A DNA stretch of 64,000 nucleotides from Aureliella sp. Its GTDB lineage: Bacteria; Planctomycetota; Planctomycetia; Pirellulales; Pirellulaceae. Positions 10,805-20,955 of this stretch are shown here, piece after piece (within the stretch, counting starts at the first letter, position 1; each line of letters begins with the position of its first letter). The stretch covers positions 1,088,001-1,152,000 of the forward strand of contig OY829846.1 in NCBI GenBank assembly GCA_963691875.1, read 5' to 3'. A model generated the notes under the pieces. The model saw only the letters and a program-made list of their open reading frames with translations, did not search any database and was not told the origin of the DNA. The position numbers and the translations under genes were made by a program.

Positions 10805-12238
10805 ATGAACAAGTCATCTTGGATCACTCGCAATGCTGTTTTCCTTTCCGTCATGCTAAGTTTATCGGCATCGGCACAGGAAAGTACTTTGCCACGAATC
10901 GCTCTGACCGAAGCCCCAAAAAACGATGCCGACTATTCCTTGATGGGGGAGTTTGTGGGTCCGATCTCAGTCGGAGAGAACAAGTATGCTCCTCTGGGAC
11001 TGCAAATCCGACCGATCGGCAATGGGCTCTTTGAAGCACTGCAGTACACCGGTGGTCTTCCAGGGCAGAAGACCCTCGCCCAGAAAGATCCACTCAAATT
11101 GGTGGGGACTCGCAGTGGTGACTTGCTGATCCTTTCTGGCGGACCCTGGGCGATTTTCGTGGAAAAGGATGGATGTCTGATCGTAGATCGCAAAGGGAAT
11201 AAGGTTGGTCGGCTGGAACGTATCAAGCGTGGAAGTCCGACAATGGGTGCCGAGGCGCCCGCAGGTGCAACCGTGCTTTTCGACGGCTCCGGAACGGATC
11301 AGTTCACCACCGCGCAGATGACAAAAGAAGGCTTATTGATGGAAGGGGCCGATACGCGTCCGATGTTCCAAGACTTCAACCTACATGTCGAGTTCCGATT
11401 GCCTTACATGCCCAACTCCGAGGGGCAAAAGCGCGGCAACTCAGGCTGCTATTTGCAAAGTCGCTATGAAGTGCAAGTGCTCGACTCTTTTGCTACAACG
11501 CCGGTATTCAACGGCTGCAGCGCTCTTTATCGCTTCAAGTCACCCGACTTGAACATGTGCTTGCCGCCTCTTCAATGGCAAACCTACGATATCAAGTTTA
11601 CTGCACCGCGTTGGGGCGCCGATGGGAAGAAAATTCGCAATGCCCGAATCACGGTTTGGCAAAACGGTGTGAAAACGCAGGACGACGTGGAATTGCCCAA
11701 CAAGACCGGCGCGGGCAAAGTCGAGGAGCCAACGCTGCTACCAATCCGATTCCAAAATCACAGCGATCCCGTTCGCTATCGCAACATCTGGGTTGTCGAT
11801 CGCGGCTTGGTGAGTACTGGATTTCCGGTTTACCCCAAAGTCTTGACCGAGGCAGAGAAAAAAGCCGTCGCAAAGAAAGCGAGAATTGCCAAAGCTCAAG
11901 CTGCAAAGAAAGCGGAGCAGGAACAGAAGAAAGCGAAAGTCAAGGAGCAGGCCGAGATGAAGAAGCAGGCTGAATTGAAAAAACAGGCTGCGGAGAAAGC
12001 CAAAGCAGAGATAAAGAAGGCAGCTGATGCGAAAGCACGGGCCGCGGCAGAAGGGAGAAAGCAATCTGCTGCACCTGCAACACCCAAACCACCCACTCCG
12101 CCAGGCAAGAAAAAGCCTGAACCCGTTAAAAAGAAAGCCGCGTCAGCCAAGAAAGCACCTGCCAAGAAAGAGCTCGGCACCGTCTCAACACCTGACTTAG
12201 GCAACCCGCCATCTCCTAAAACTACCAAGGCAGCCTAG
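10805..12238 (+). CDS. DUF1080 (3-keto-disaccharide hydrolase-like) exported protein with Lys/Ala/Pro-rich tail
   Basis: Signal peptide; VLFDGS, LHVEFR, GNSGCY, YEVQVLDS, WQTYDI, FQNHSDPVRYRNIWV; low-complexity basic C-terminus. Confidence 0.85.
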   Translation: MNKSSWITRNAVFLSVMLSLSASAQESTLPRIALTEAPKNDADYSLMGEFVGPISVGENKYAPLGLQIRPIGNGLFEALQYTGGLPGQKTLAQKDPLKLVGTRSGDLLILSGGPWAIFVEKDGCLIVDRKGNKVGRLERIKRGSPTMGAEAPAGATVLFDGSGTDQFTTAQMTKEGLLMEGADTRPMFQDFNLHVEFRLPYMPNSEGQKRGNSGCYLQSRYEVQVLDSFATTPVFNGCSALYRFKSPDLNMCLPPLQWQTYDIKFTAPRWGADGKKIRNARITVWQNGVKTQDDVELPNKTGAGKVEEPTLLPIRFQNHSDPVRYRNIWVVDRGLVSTGFPVYPKVLTEAEKKAVAKKARIAKAQAAKKAEQEQKKAKVKEQAEMKKQAELKKQAAEKAKAEIKKAADAKARAAAEGRKQSAAPATPKPPTPPGKKKPEPVKKKAASAKKAPAKKELGTVSTPDLGNPPSPKTTKAA

Positions 12239-12394
12239 CCTCTGTTGAACAATACAGAAATCGAACGAGCGGATTTGAGCAGCCGCCGGTTCGGTAGATT
12301 ATTGTCCCGAGTAATGCGGAATGGGCACGATACCAATTCCGTATACTTACGCAATAACAGACGCCTCATGGCGATGCGGCTCAGCCCCAAAAAC

Positions 12395-12913
12395 CTAGCT
12401 GGCCTCTAAGACAGGCGGCTTGCGGAATCGCCAAAAGATCCAGCCGCAGCAACCAAAGATAGCCACCATATAGAACACGATCAGAAACGCTGTTGAGGTC
12501 GTGTCTAGGGCTGCCTTCTGCATGTTCGCCTGGAAAGTCAGCCAGTTGACCCCAATCAATAGCAACTGAGTCGCAATGGAAATCCAGACAAGGATTACTT
12601 CCATGTACCGCATCGACGACTCGCGTCGATCCTCGTGGAGCCAGTACTCGCGATGCGGAATGTTGACAAGCTTCACGGGCATGAAGCGAGTCAAGTAGGT
12701 GACGCCTACCAAGAAAACTGGTGTTCCGATGGTAAGCCCTAGCATCATTATGGTGAATGCAGCCTTGGACATAACGCCGTCTGGCTCTCCGCCCCTACCA
12801 AAGTGTGAGGCGACCTCCTCTGGCAGTTTCGGAAACTGCCAAGCAATCTGTCCCAAAGCCCAAAGCATCGCTACGGCAAGTACGGAATATGCTGCGACTC
12901 GACTGCTCATCAA
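12395..12913 (-). CDS. DUF1648-domain membrane protein
   Basis: LPEEVASHFGRGGEPDG motif, NIPHREYWL, about 4 TM segments. Confidence 0.75.
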   Translation of the reverse strand: MMSSRVAAYSVLAVAMLWALGQIAWQFPKLPEEVASHFGRGGEPDGVMSKAAFTIMMLGLTIGTPVFLVGVTYLTRFMPVKLVNIPHREYWLHEDRRESSMRYMEVILVWISIATQLLLIGVNWLTFQANMQKAALDTTSTAFLIVFYMVAIFGCCGWIFWRFRKPPVLEAS

Positions 12914-12917
12914 CTCT

Positions 12918-14408
12918 CTACTTCTTCTTTGCCCACCAGTTGTCCCAAGCCTTGCTCAATTGGGCCACTTTCTTAGGCTGCTGGGGCGCGAGATCCTTCA
13001 ATTCCACTGGATCTTGAGACAGGTCATAAAGTTGCCAATTGCTGCTAGCATGCTTGACCAGTTTCCAATTCTCGTTCCGAATTGCTTTGGATTTTCCGAA
13101 CTGCCAACAGATGGGCCAAGGTCGTATTTTCAAGTTACCATCCAGCACATCCAACAAGGAATGACCAGACATCTCTGGTCGCGGTTCTTGGCCAGCAAGA
13201 TCTAGAAACGTGGCGGTAAAATCCACCAAATGGCCAACATGATTTGTCATCGAATTCTTCTCAATCCGCCCAGGCCAGTATGCGATCATCGGAGTGCGGA
13301 TCCCACCTTCGAAGTCGGTCGTTTTATACATTCTAAATGGAGTGTTGGACGCATTCGCCCACGGGCGGCCTTGGGTAAGGTAGCTGGTGACCTCCCATGG
13401 CATGCTGCCTTTAACCGTTGAACGATCTTTGGAATCATTGCAAGCCCCGTTATCGGACAGGAAAAAAATGACAGTGTTCTCCGACTTGCCGCTGTCTTCT
13501 AACTGCCTGCGCAAACGCCCAATGTTTCGGTCCATCCGATCAATCATGGCCGCGTAGCTCGCCATTCTCAGATCCCACCAATCGCGATCGTCTTCGGATA
13601 TAGAATCCCAAGCAGGAACAGCAGGATCGCGAGGCGAGAGTGATGCTCCCTCCGGCAGAATCCCTAGTTGCTTCTCGCGTGCATACCGTTGCGAACGCAA
13701 TTTATCCCAGCCAATGTCCTTGTACTTGCCCCGATACTTGGCTACATCTTCTTTACTTGCATGCAGTGGGTAGTGCGGCGCGGTGTAAGCCAGATAAAGG
13801 AGAAATGGCTTCGTGTCCTCCTCGTAATCCTTGAGAAATTGAATTGCATTGTCGGTGAAGGCATCGGTGGTGTAGAAGCTCGTCGAATCAGGCGTGAACG
13901 GCAAGAACTTCTTATCGTCGATAGCCCATCTACGAATTTTCTTCTTTGCTGGCTCCGGCTCGCCGGGCCGAGCATGGCCTGGATTCCAGAAATTGCAGCA
14001 ACCGTCAGTCAGCCCGTAGTAGCGATCAAAACCACGCTCGAAGGGAGTCTGGCCTGCGTGCCACTTGCCCGCCATCAACGTTCGATAACCGGCTTCCCGC
14101 ATCAATTCGCCGAACGTTGGCGCCGCGTACTTCACCGTCGCCGAAGCGCCTACCTCGTGCCACCAACGCCCCGTTAGTAGCGATGCACGCGTGTGCTCGC
14201 ACTTTGCGTTGTTATAAAAGGTACGAAAACGCATTCCGCCCTCGGCGAGCGCGTCCAAGTTCGGCGTCTCAATCTCGCCGCCATAGCAGCCAATGTCAGA
14301 GCAGCCCATGTCATCGCACATAATGAGGATGATGTTGGGTCGATCATCTGCCTGCGCGAACTGAGGCGCAAGGCAGAGTAGGCTTAAGAGCACTGCGGTT
14401 CGATGCAC
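12918..14408 (-). CDS. Arylsulfatase (formylglycine-dependent)
   Basis: PNIILIMCDDMG, CEHTRASLLTGR, GKWH, APHYPL, SDNG, EGGIRTP, LYDLSQDPVE; signal peptide. Confidence 0.92.
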   Translation of the reverse strand: MHRTAVLLSLLCLAPQFAQADDRPNIILIMCDDMGCSDIGCYGGEIETPNLDALAEGGMRFRTFYNNAKCEHTRASLLTGRWWHEVGASATVKYAAPTFGELMREAGYRTLMAGKWHAGQTPFERGFDRYYGLTDGCCNFWNPGHARPGEPEPAKKKIRRWAIDDKKFLPFTPDSTSFYTTDAFTDNAIQFLKDYEEDTKPFLLYLAYTAPHYPLHASKEDVAKYRGKYKDIGWDKLRSQRYAREKQLGILPEGASLSPRDPAVPAWDSISEDDRDWWDLRMASYAAMIDRMDRNIGRLRRQLEDSGKSENTVIFFLSDNGACNDSKDRSTVKGSMPWEVTSYLTQGRPWANASNTPFRMYKTTDFEGGIRTPMIAYWPGRIEKNSMTNHVGHLVDFTATFLDLAGQEPRPEMSGHSLLDVLDGNLKIRPWPICWQFGKSKAIRNENWKLVKHASSNWQLYDLSQDPVELKDLAPQQPKKVAQLSKAWDNWWAKKK

Positions 14409-14420
14409 GTGTATATACTC

Positions 14421-15221
14421 CTACTGAATCTCGCCGATGGTGGAAGCCCCAATAGCCGCAGGGCCTCGTGTTGTTTGCTGCTGCTTGCGTTTCAGCATGG
14501 CTTCGATTTTCTTCCGCTCAGATGCCAAAACATCTGCTCGAAGCGGCTCTGGCTTCACCGGAGTTTTGTCTAGCTGATCCGAATCAGTAAGTGCCTTGAG
14601 TCGAATGTTTCTATACCAAACTGGATCACCGTGATCTTGCAAGCTCAGCTTGGCTCCTCGTGCGGATAGGTCGCCACCTCGAGCCATCAGCATCTTGACG
14701 TTATAGGAGTACTTCTTGTTCGTGTAGTCAAAATCAACGACTTTCTCATTGTTGAGCCAATGCTGTATGACGGTACCTTTACAGACGATTCGTCCGTAAT
14801 TCCACTCTCCTGCGGGCTTCGTCGCGTCATGCGATGGTTGCATGCAAAAGTAAAGCGAGGCGGCACTAGTCCTCGGATTCTTGCCATCTTGATGTTTTTT
14901 GTTGTCCAGAATCTGATACTCATACTGCCCGGGCCGATAGTACACGCCGCTGTTGCTTCCCTCCGCGACTTTCCATTCGAAACGAAGTTCGAAGTCGTCC
15001 GGAATCGCGGCTGCTTCGTAGACCAAGCTTCCACCGCGGTCAGTCCGAGTGATCACGCCGTTTTCAACGGCCCAATTTCCCTTGTGCTTCCAGCCGTCCA
15101 AGTTGCCACCATCGAACAAGCTCTTGAAGCCCTCATCGTTAGCTGATTTGGAGGTCTGAGCGATTGCGGAGTGATTGAGCAAGAACACCGCAAGCGCTAC
15201 AAGGCTTACTCGGCATAGCAT
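14421..15221 (-). CDS. DUF1080 (3-keto-disaccharide hydrolase-like) exported protein
   Basis: SLFDGGNLDGW, FELRFEWK, NSGVYY, EYQILDN, LQDHGDPVWYRNIR; signal peptide from Met 15221. Confidence 0.85.
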   Translation of the reverse strand: MLCRVSLVALAVFLLNHSAIAQTSKSANDEGFKSLFDGGNLDGWKHKGNWAVENGVITRTDRGGSLVYEAAAIPDDFELRFEWKVAEGSNSGVYYRPGQYEYQILDNKKHQDGKNPRTSAASLYFCMQPSHDATKPAGEWNYGRIVCKGTVIQHWLNNEKVVDFDYTNKKYSYNVKMLMARGGDLSARGAKLSLQDHGDPVWYRNIRLKALTDSDQLDKTPVKPEPLRADVLASERKKIEAMLKRKQQQTTRGPAAIGASTIGEIQ

Positions 15222-15641
15222 AGATATGTTCACTGGAAGTACCCTTTGCAGAAGTGGGACAGACACGAGTTCGAGATCACCGCAACGTTCACGCGAGCAG
15301 CGACCTCGTAACCGACAAGACATGGAGATTAATCAGTATAGACTTCCAGCGACTAACTTGCTGGCTTTGTGTCGCCAGTTTAAGCGGCAATCACTGTCTC
15401 ACATTGGTGCGGCGAGCCGTTCCCGCCGACTTTGGAGGGAACCAGGAAAGCACTGGCCCGTGCTAGCGATTTGTTGTTTTAGTCAGCCGCATCGCTGTGA
15501 GGCATAGGGCGTTTCGCGAGTTAGCGAAGTGACCGCGGCCCCTCCGCGTTAATGCAGCATTACCAACGGAAGAACGGACCGGTGGTGCCGTCGGCCCGAT
15601 GCTTAGCACTCTTGCAAGCAAATTACCGATCGGTTGGAAGC

Positions 15642-16619
15642 CTACCCCGCTGCGTCCACTTTGGATTTTACAACCGAAAAGGCATCGCCTTGGTAGCTGT
15701 CGCGCCGCTGCATAATGTCCTTGAGAGTCTGGATAATGGTGCCCTTGCCAAGACACCAATCTGGCGCGACCAGATTGGTCGGAGGTGCGTCTCCTGAAAT
15801 GCGCTCGATCACCATCCAAGGTGGCAGCAGTTCCAAGAAGTCCGCGAGCACCTCCAAGTACTCGTCCATCTCCATCAGTTTGACTTCGCCACTACGAACT
15901 TGCTCGGCGAGCTTTGTGCGTTCGACAGCGTACAAGTTGTGAATCTTGACTCCTTCAACATTCCACTCTGCAACTTGCCGCGCAGTATCCATCATCATTG
16001 CGTGGGTTTCGGCTGGCAGCCCGAGCATGATGTGCAAACTCAACTCAAAGTTCCGTCCCTGGCATCTTTCAATTGCGTCTACCGCTGCATCATGGTGGTG
16101 CCCGCGATTCATCCAATCCAAGCTAGCGTTGTGAATCGTCTGAACACCGAGTTCCAATGACACGTAGGTGTTTTCCGCATACTCGTCCACGAGATCCAAA
16201 ACATCATCCGGCACACAATCGGGACGAGTGCCAATGATCAGTCCTACGACTCGTTCATCTTCCAACGCCGTATCCCAGAGGATGCGCAGTTTATCGAGCG
16301 GTCCGTAGGTATTGGTGGCGGGCTGGAAGTAGGCGATAAACTTCTCGCTATCGTAACGTCGCCTGAGTCCAGTGATTCCGCGTTCGATCTGAGACTGAAT
16401 GGCATCGCGCCGAACTCGACGGCTAGGACTAAATGCTTTGTTGTCGCAAAAAGTACAGCCACCTGTCGCAACCGTTCCGTCTACATTGGGACATGTGAAG
16501 CCACCATCCAGGCTTATTTTCTGGACTCGCGTACCAAAGAGGTGCTGGTAATACACCTTCAAGGGAAAATAGCGATGCCCGAGTGATTTCCAGTCAATAT
16601 CCTGGTTGCTTCCCGCCAT
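15642..16619 (-). CDS. Radical SAM protein, YhcC/TIGR01212 family
   Basis: KISLDGGFTCPNVDG...GGCTFC, YFQPATNTY, IGTRPDC, ELGVQT, GVKIHNL. Start set at Met 16619. Confidence 0.9.
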   Translation of the reverse strand: MAGSNQDIDWKSLGHRYFPLKVYYQHLFGTRVQKISLDGGFTCPNVDGTVATGGCTFCDNKAFSPSRRVRRDAIQSQIERGITGLRRRYDSEKFIAYFQPATNTYGPLDKLRILWDTALEDERVVGLIIGTRPDCVPDDVLDLVDEYAENTYVSLELGVQTIHNASLDWMNRGHHHDAAVDAIERCQGRNFELSLHIMLGLPAETHAMMMDTARQVAEWNVEGVKIHNLYAVERTKLAEQVRSGEVKLMEMDEYLEVLADFLELLPPWMVIERISGDAPPTNLVAPDWCLGKGTIIQTLKDIMQRRDSYQGDAFSVVKSKVDAAG

Positions 16620-16770
16620 AACTTGCTCAAAATTGACGATAGTACTCAAAGCGCGTATTCTGAATGAACCGTTCCCTACCGAAAGTGGGGAAATTGCTCT
16701 TTGACCAACAGGTCTTGATGAGAATGCGCTGCCGGAGTTTCTTGCCTCTGTTGATCGTGGGACGTCCACC

Positions 16771-17217
16771 ATGTCTGAAAACGAAGTTTACTACGGCGAA
16801 TTAGTTCCAAGCGGTGGTGGCGACAATATCGTCCTCACCAAGGAAAAGCTAATAATCGGTCGGCGCGAAACCTGCGACATCGTACTTCGTTTCTCCAATG
16901 TCTCCGGGCAACATGCCCGAATGAACTTGGAACAAGGATACTGGTTTCTGAAAGATCTTGGCAGTCGAAATGGCACCAAAGTCAATGGTTACAAGATCTC
17001 GCGAAAGCGATTGGATCCTGGTGCCGTCATTTCCATTGCCAAACATACCTTCACAATGGAATACAATCCCGAAGACCTTGGAGCCTTCGGACCTCCACCA
17101 GCCGATGACGACCAAATTGAAGAAGTCTTGCGACGTGGATTAATGGATCGAGCAGGACTCGCACGACGAGATCAGTCGAATCGCTTCCAGAATCGCAACT
17201 TGGCCGACGACGATTGA
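16771..17217 (+). CDS. FHA-domain protein
   Basis: IGRR...VSGQHA...DLGSRNGTKVNG phosphothreonine-binding motifs. Confidence 0.9.
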   Translation: MSENEVYYGELVPSGGGDNIVLTKEKLIIGRRETCDIVLRFSNVSGQHARMNLEQGYWFLKDLGSRNGTKVNGYKISRKRLDPGAVISIAKHTFTMEYNPEDLGAFGPPPADDDQIEEVLRRGLMDRAGLARRDQSNRFQNRNLADDD

Positions 17218-17419
17218 TCTCGGCTTGCACCACGAGCCCACTAAGCTCGTCATGGCGGGCTATCGGCAGGGCTTCGGAATGTGCCGGGGTAGCAGTCTAA
17301 ATGCATGCAAATTTTTGCTGCTGAATAGTGCAAGTGGTTGGCTGGAATCATTTCAGATCGTCGACTTGGCTCACTTTTCGTGCTGTCGAGGTTCCCAGCG
17401 CAAAGCGATTGCGTTAACT

Positions 17420-17542
17420 CGTTAGGTTTCCGCAACTCCCGGGCAGAATTCGCCGCTAATATTTGCTTACTGAAGGACCGCCGGCAACAGACACTCCATT
17501 GTCAAAGATGGCATCCCCGAGCAAAACAATATGACATCTCAT
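17420..17542 (-). pseudogene. N-terminal remnant of an SGNH/GDSL hydrolase
   Basis: ATG 17542: MRCHIVLLGDAIFDNGVSVAGGPSVSKY*RRILPG. GDSL block I has the catalytic Ser replaced by Ala, there is an in-frame TAG at 17458-17456, and the rest is unrecognisable. Confidence 0.6.
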
Positions 17543-17782
17543 TCCACATGATCTCCGTTTTGAAGTCTTGAAGGTCGGCTCGAAGGTAGGCATCGCACAC
17601 GCTACTAACTTTCTGGATCCACCAGAAAGATCAAGTCAGATTTTCAATCAATGAGCTAAAAAGCAAGCCGCGGGCCAGTGTTTTTTGGTGCAGCCGGACG
17701 CAAACTCTTGGATCCCCTAGATTCAAGAACTTGTTTGGATGAATCCCGACTTCTGGCAAGCCCCATGGCGTTTCCGAAGAAT

Positions 17783-19042
17783 CTAGCTAAGCAATTGCCA
17801 AAGCTTCCAGCAATTCAAGGCACAGATGAGCAGAACGACGCCGGCCGCGACAGCCAATTGCAGCGGATGAAAGCGAGCAGTGTTCTTTCCCTCATGCTCG
17901 CTGCTCAATCGCAGCACTGCAACCAGCAGTAGAACTGCAATCAATGGCATCAGCAATCCGTTGGCGAATTGAGCGATAAAGATAGTTTCCTCGGGCGCTC
18001 CTCCCAAGCCAAGAATAAAGGCTGTCGCGATCAATACCACGGTGACAGCGATGCACCGAAACGCCCCGGACTTTTCTCGTATATCCCACCCCGCTACTCC
18101 GCAAACAGCATAGCTAGTCGCCAGAGGAGCTGTGATGGAACTGGTAAACCCAGCCGCGAACAGTCCGGCAGCAAAAGCAAAAACCGAGAAGTTCCCCAAG
18201 ACTGGCTGCAATTGCGCTGCGATATCTTGTACCCTCTTCAACTCTTGTTCCGACTCAAAGAATGCCGAGGAAGCGGTCATCAGAATCGATGCGGTGACCA
18301 AACCACCAAGACTAATCGCAAATATCGTGTCCCAGCGGGCTTGCCGAAGCCCTAATTGCATGTCGCAATCAGACCAGTTCTTCGCAACGCTGCTTGAATG
18401 GAGAAACAAATTGTAAGGCACAATAGTAGTTCCAATCAAAGCGATGATTGTGCCGAGTTTCCCCGCATCCAAACTTGGGATCAGGCCCGCAGCAATTTCG
18501 CTGAGGCTAGGTGGAGAGAGACAGGCTGTGAGCAAAAACGTCAAACTCAAGAATGCAACCAAAGATATCAACACATTTTGCAATACGCGGTAGCTGCCAA
18601 TCATCATCAACGCGACGGTTAGTCCAGCAATGATGGACACCCAGAGCGGACCTGTTCCCCCCGCAACGGCCGACAGTCCGCTTGCAGCACCGAATAGGTT
18701 ACCAGCTTGATAAAAAGCGTTTCCCGCACCGACGGCAAGAATTACAAGCAAAAGCACGGGAAGAGCCCAAACGGTTCCACGCAACCATTCTCGCAAGTAA
18801 GCGCCGAGCCCGACGCCAGCAAGAATACCAAGTCGCGCCGCCAGCAGCTGCAAAACAATCGCTCCAAAGGATGCAAAAGCGATGCACCAAAGTAAATCGA
18901 GCCCGTGGCTCGCCCCCGCTTTGGAGGCAGTTAGGACTGTGCCAGGACCAATGAAGGCCGCCGCAACCAACAAGCCGGGTCCAAAACGCTTAGATTTTTT
19001 AATTGATGCAGTCGATTGCGATTCCATCACACTATCTTCCAT
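17783..19042 (-). CDS. Nramp/MntH-related divalent metal transporter (YcsG-like)
   Basis: GPGLLVAAAFIGPGTV, GTTIVPYNLFLH, about 11 TM helices. Confidence 0.85.
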   Translation of the reverse strand: MEDSVMESQSTASIKKSKRFGPGLLVAAAFIGPGTVLTASKAGASHGLDLLWCIAFASFGAIVLQLLAARLGILAGVGLGAYLREWLRGTVWALPVLLLVILAVGAGNAFYQAGNLFGAASGLSAVAGGTGPLWVSIIAGLTVALMMIGSYRVLQNVLISLVAFLSLTFLLTACLSPPSLSEIAAGLIPSLDAGKLGTIIALIGTTIVPYNLFLHSSSVAKNWSDCDMQLGLRQARWDTIFAISLGGLVTASILMTASSAFFESEQELKRVQDIAAQLQPVLGNFSVFAFAAGLFAAGFTSSITAPLATSYAVCGVAGWDIREKSGAFRCIAVTVVLIATAFILGLGGAPEETIFIAQFANGLLMPLIAVLLLVAVLRLSSEHEGKNTARFHPLQLAVAAGVVLLICALNCWKLWQLLS

Positions 19043-19063
19043 GATTGAAGCTCAAGCCTCGGC

Positions 19064-19768
19064 CTATTTGCCAATGATTCCTATGGCAGCTTTTGCCATT
19101 CTTCGGCCGAACTCCTTGTAGCCTTCACCAGAGTAGTGCAGATCGTTCTTGATATCTTTGCCACCTCGGTTCTTCCCGTCGTTCAGATCGTCAGTGTTAA
19201 TCCACGCAAAGTTAGGCTTCGACTCTCCGATTTTGACCTGGATATCACGAATCTTCGTCCAATCGGGATAGCGTTTGTTCTCCATATCAAAATCACTGAG
19301 CCGGCCAATAATAAAGGCAATATCCTTGCGTTTCAGATCGTCACAAAGCTGCTTGTGCAGACCGCGTAAACTGGCCTCATAAACATCGCCATTCTTTCGA
19401 CGAGCATCGTTTTCGCCTTGCATCCAGAAGAAAGAAATCGATGCAAGCTTCTGGCCCTTGATGGCAGGATTGACCTTGTTCATCAGGCGATCATACAAGT
19501 CGCCGGTCTTCTCAGGCGCCTTGCCAGCTGAGTCCAGAAAGTCCTTGTACCAGCGTAGAATTGGTTGACCGCCTTGAGCATCCTGAATCACGATCACATT
19601 CTCTTTGCCAAATGCCTCTTCGACAGCAGGAGTGAAAGCTTCGTCGGGGCGGTGGCCCTGCATGTTGGATTGCCCAGACAAAATGAACAAGTGCTTGCCA
19701 TCCTGAGCAAAACTCGTAGTGCAGCAGGCGAAGAGCAGCATAGTAATGGGAGCGGCAGGAATCTTCAC
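19064..19768 (-). CDS. Sialate O-acetylesterase / SASA (DUF303) carbohydrate esterase
   Basis: LFILSGQSNM, WMQGEND, DLHY motifs. GTG start at 19768 follows AAAGGGTG. Confidence 0.85.
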   Translation of the reverse strand: MKIPAAPITMLLFACCTTSFAQDGKHLFILSGQSNMQGHRPDEAFTPAVEEAFGKENVIVIQDAQGGQPILRWYKDFLDSAGKAPEKTGDLYDRLMNKVNPAIKGQKLASISFFWMQGENDARRKNGDVYEASLRGLHKQLCDDLKRKDIAFIIGRLSDFDMENKRYPDWTKIRDIQVKIGESKPNFAWINTDDLNDGKNRGGKDIKNDLHYSGEGYKEFGRRMAKAAIGIIGK

Positions 19769-20010
19769 GGCTTCACCCTTTTTTGAATCTTGGAAACGAC
19801 TGGGATACTGGCGGGGCCTAGTAAACAACGAAGGGAATAGCTTAACCGATCCGGCGACATTTTGAGCCTGGACACGAAAATTGACTTTCATAGGAATTTT
19901 GTAAAAGACTTTGCTAATAAACTGCGCGCAACTGCGTCATTGAAGTAGTGGATCTTGCGAGATTGAGCATTGCTGATCTTTTCAATAGCTGGCAGACCGA
20001 AAGGGGCTAC

Positions 20011-20943
20011 ATGTTCGGGAGAATTCTGATAGTCGGATGCCTTTCGGCTACTTGCTTGTTGGTTGGCACTGACAATTCTAGACCGGGCACAAAGTCTCCC
20101 AAGCAGCTTGCTTCAGCTCCGTTGAATTTGGCTTCATCTAAAAAGCTGCCACTCGGAAACTCTAAAACTAGTTTGAGCCTCTCGGGTGCAGTTGCTTTAA
20201 ATCGCGATAATGATGCGACGGTTGAGGCAGCCCAACGTGAATCTAGCTTTGTCGCTCCCATTGCTTTACCCATAATCTCAAATAGAAACCAAGTGCGATC
20301 TCGCGCGACGAGTCATCCGCATGGCAAACAACTTTGCGCCTCCGGCTGTGCGGTGAGTCGTCATCCTACACAGCTGCTCACAAAAAAGAGGTTCCTAGAG
20401 CTCTGCAAACAATATCGGGCAGACGAGCCCAGAGTCGATAGTGAGAGCCTCGATAGCTTGATCTTCTATGGCTCCCAGACGGTACGGCATCTGAAGATGA
20501 ATCCTTCTGCTTTACCCAGGAAACACTTTGCCTTCCTGTCGCAGCAACTGGATTTATCACAGCTCATTGTAGAACTCAGAGTCATCGAGGAGGGCGGGCG
20601 AGTGCGAGTCTCCTTGCCCCCGACTAAGGTGCCGCAACATATTCGCCAAGAGTTCGCGATGGATGTTGAGGATTTGAACACTACGATTACGAGTGGAACA
20701 CTCAAACGCGTCGGATTGAACCATGTTTGGCAGCGGTTGTGACTGGAAGGCGAGCACACTGTTGCAGGGCCGTGGTTCACGGTTCACCAAATCAACGACG
20801 ACTGGAAGACGCTGGGCTCAATTTGGCTCAGCGACGGCAACACTGCTGTTCCAGCTGAAGTGCAAGCGAAGGTCCGATTGGGCGAAACTCTACACGATAA
20901 GAAATTGACAGCTACACATGCGACTGCTCCGGACAAATCATAG
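20011..20943 (+). CDS. Exported hypothetical protein with probable UGA read-through (candidate selenoprotein, 310 aa; 243 aa if UGA is a stop)
   Basis: ATG 20011 follows AAGGGG; signal-like N-terminus; CASGC motif. TGA at 20740-20742 is followed by 66 open codons to TAG 20941-20943, which abuts the RBS of the next gene. Confidence 0.6.
20762..20790 (+). promoter_or_regulatory. Putative bacterial SECIS element
   Basis: GGGCCGUG-[GUU]-CACGGUUC, an 8-bp stem with two G-U pairs, extendable by UUG/CAA. The loop starts 32 nt after the UGA and begins with G. Confidence 0.5.
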
Positions 20944-20955
20944 GGGAGAGATGGA

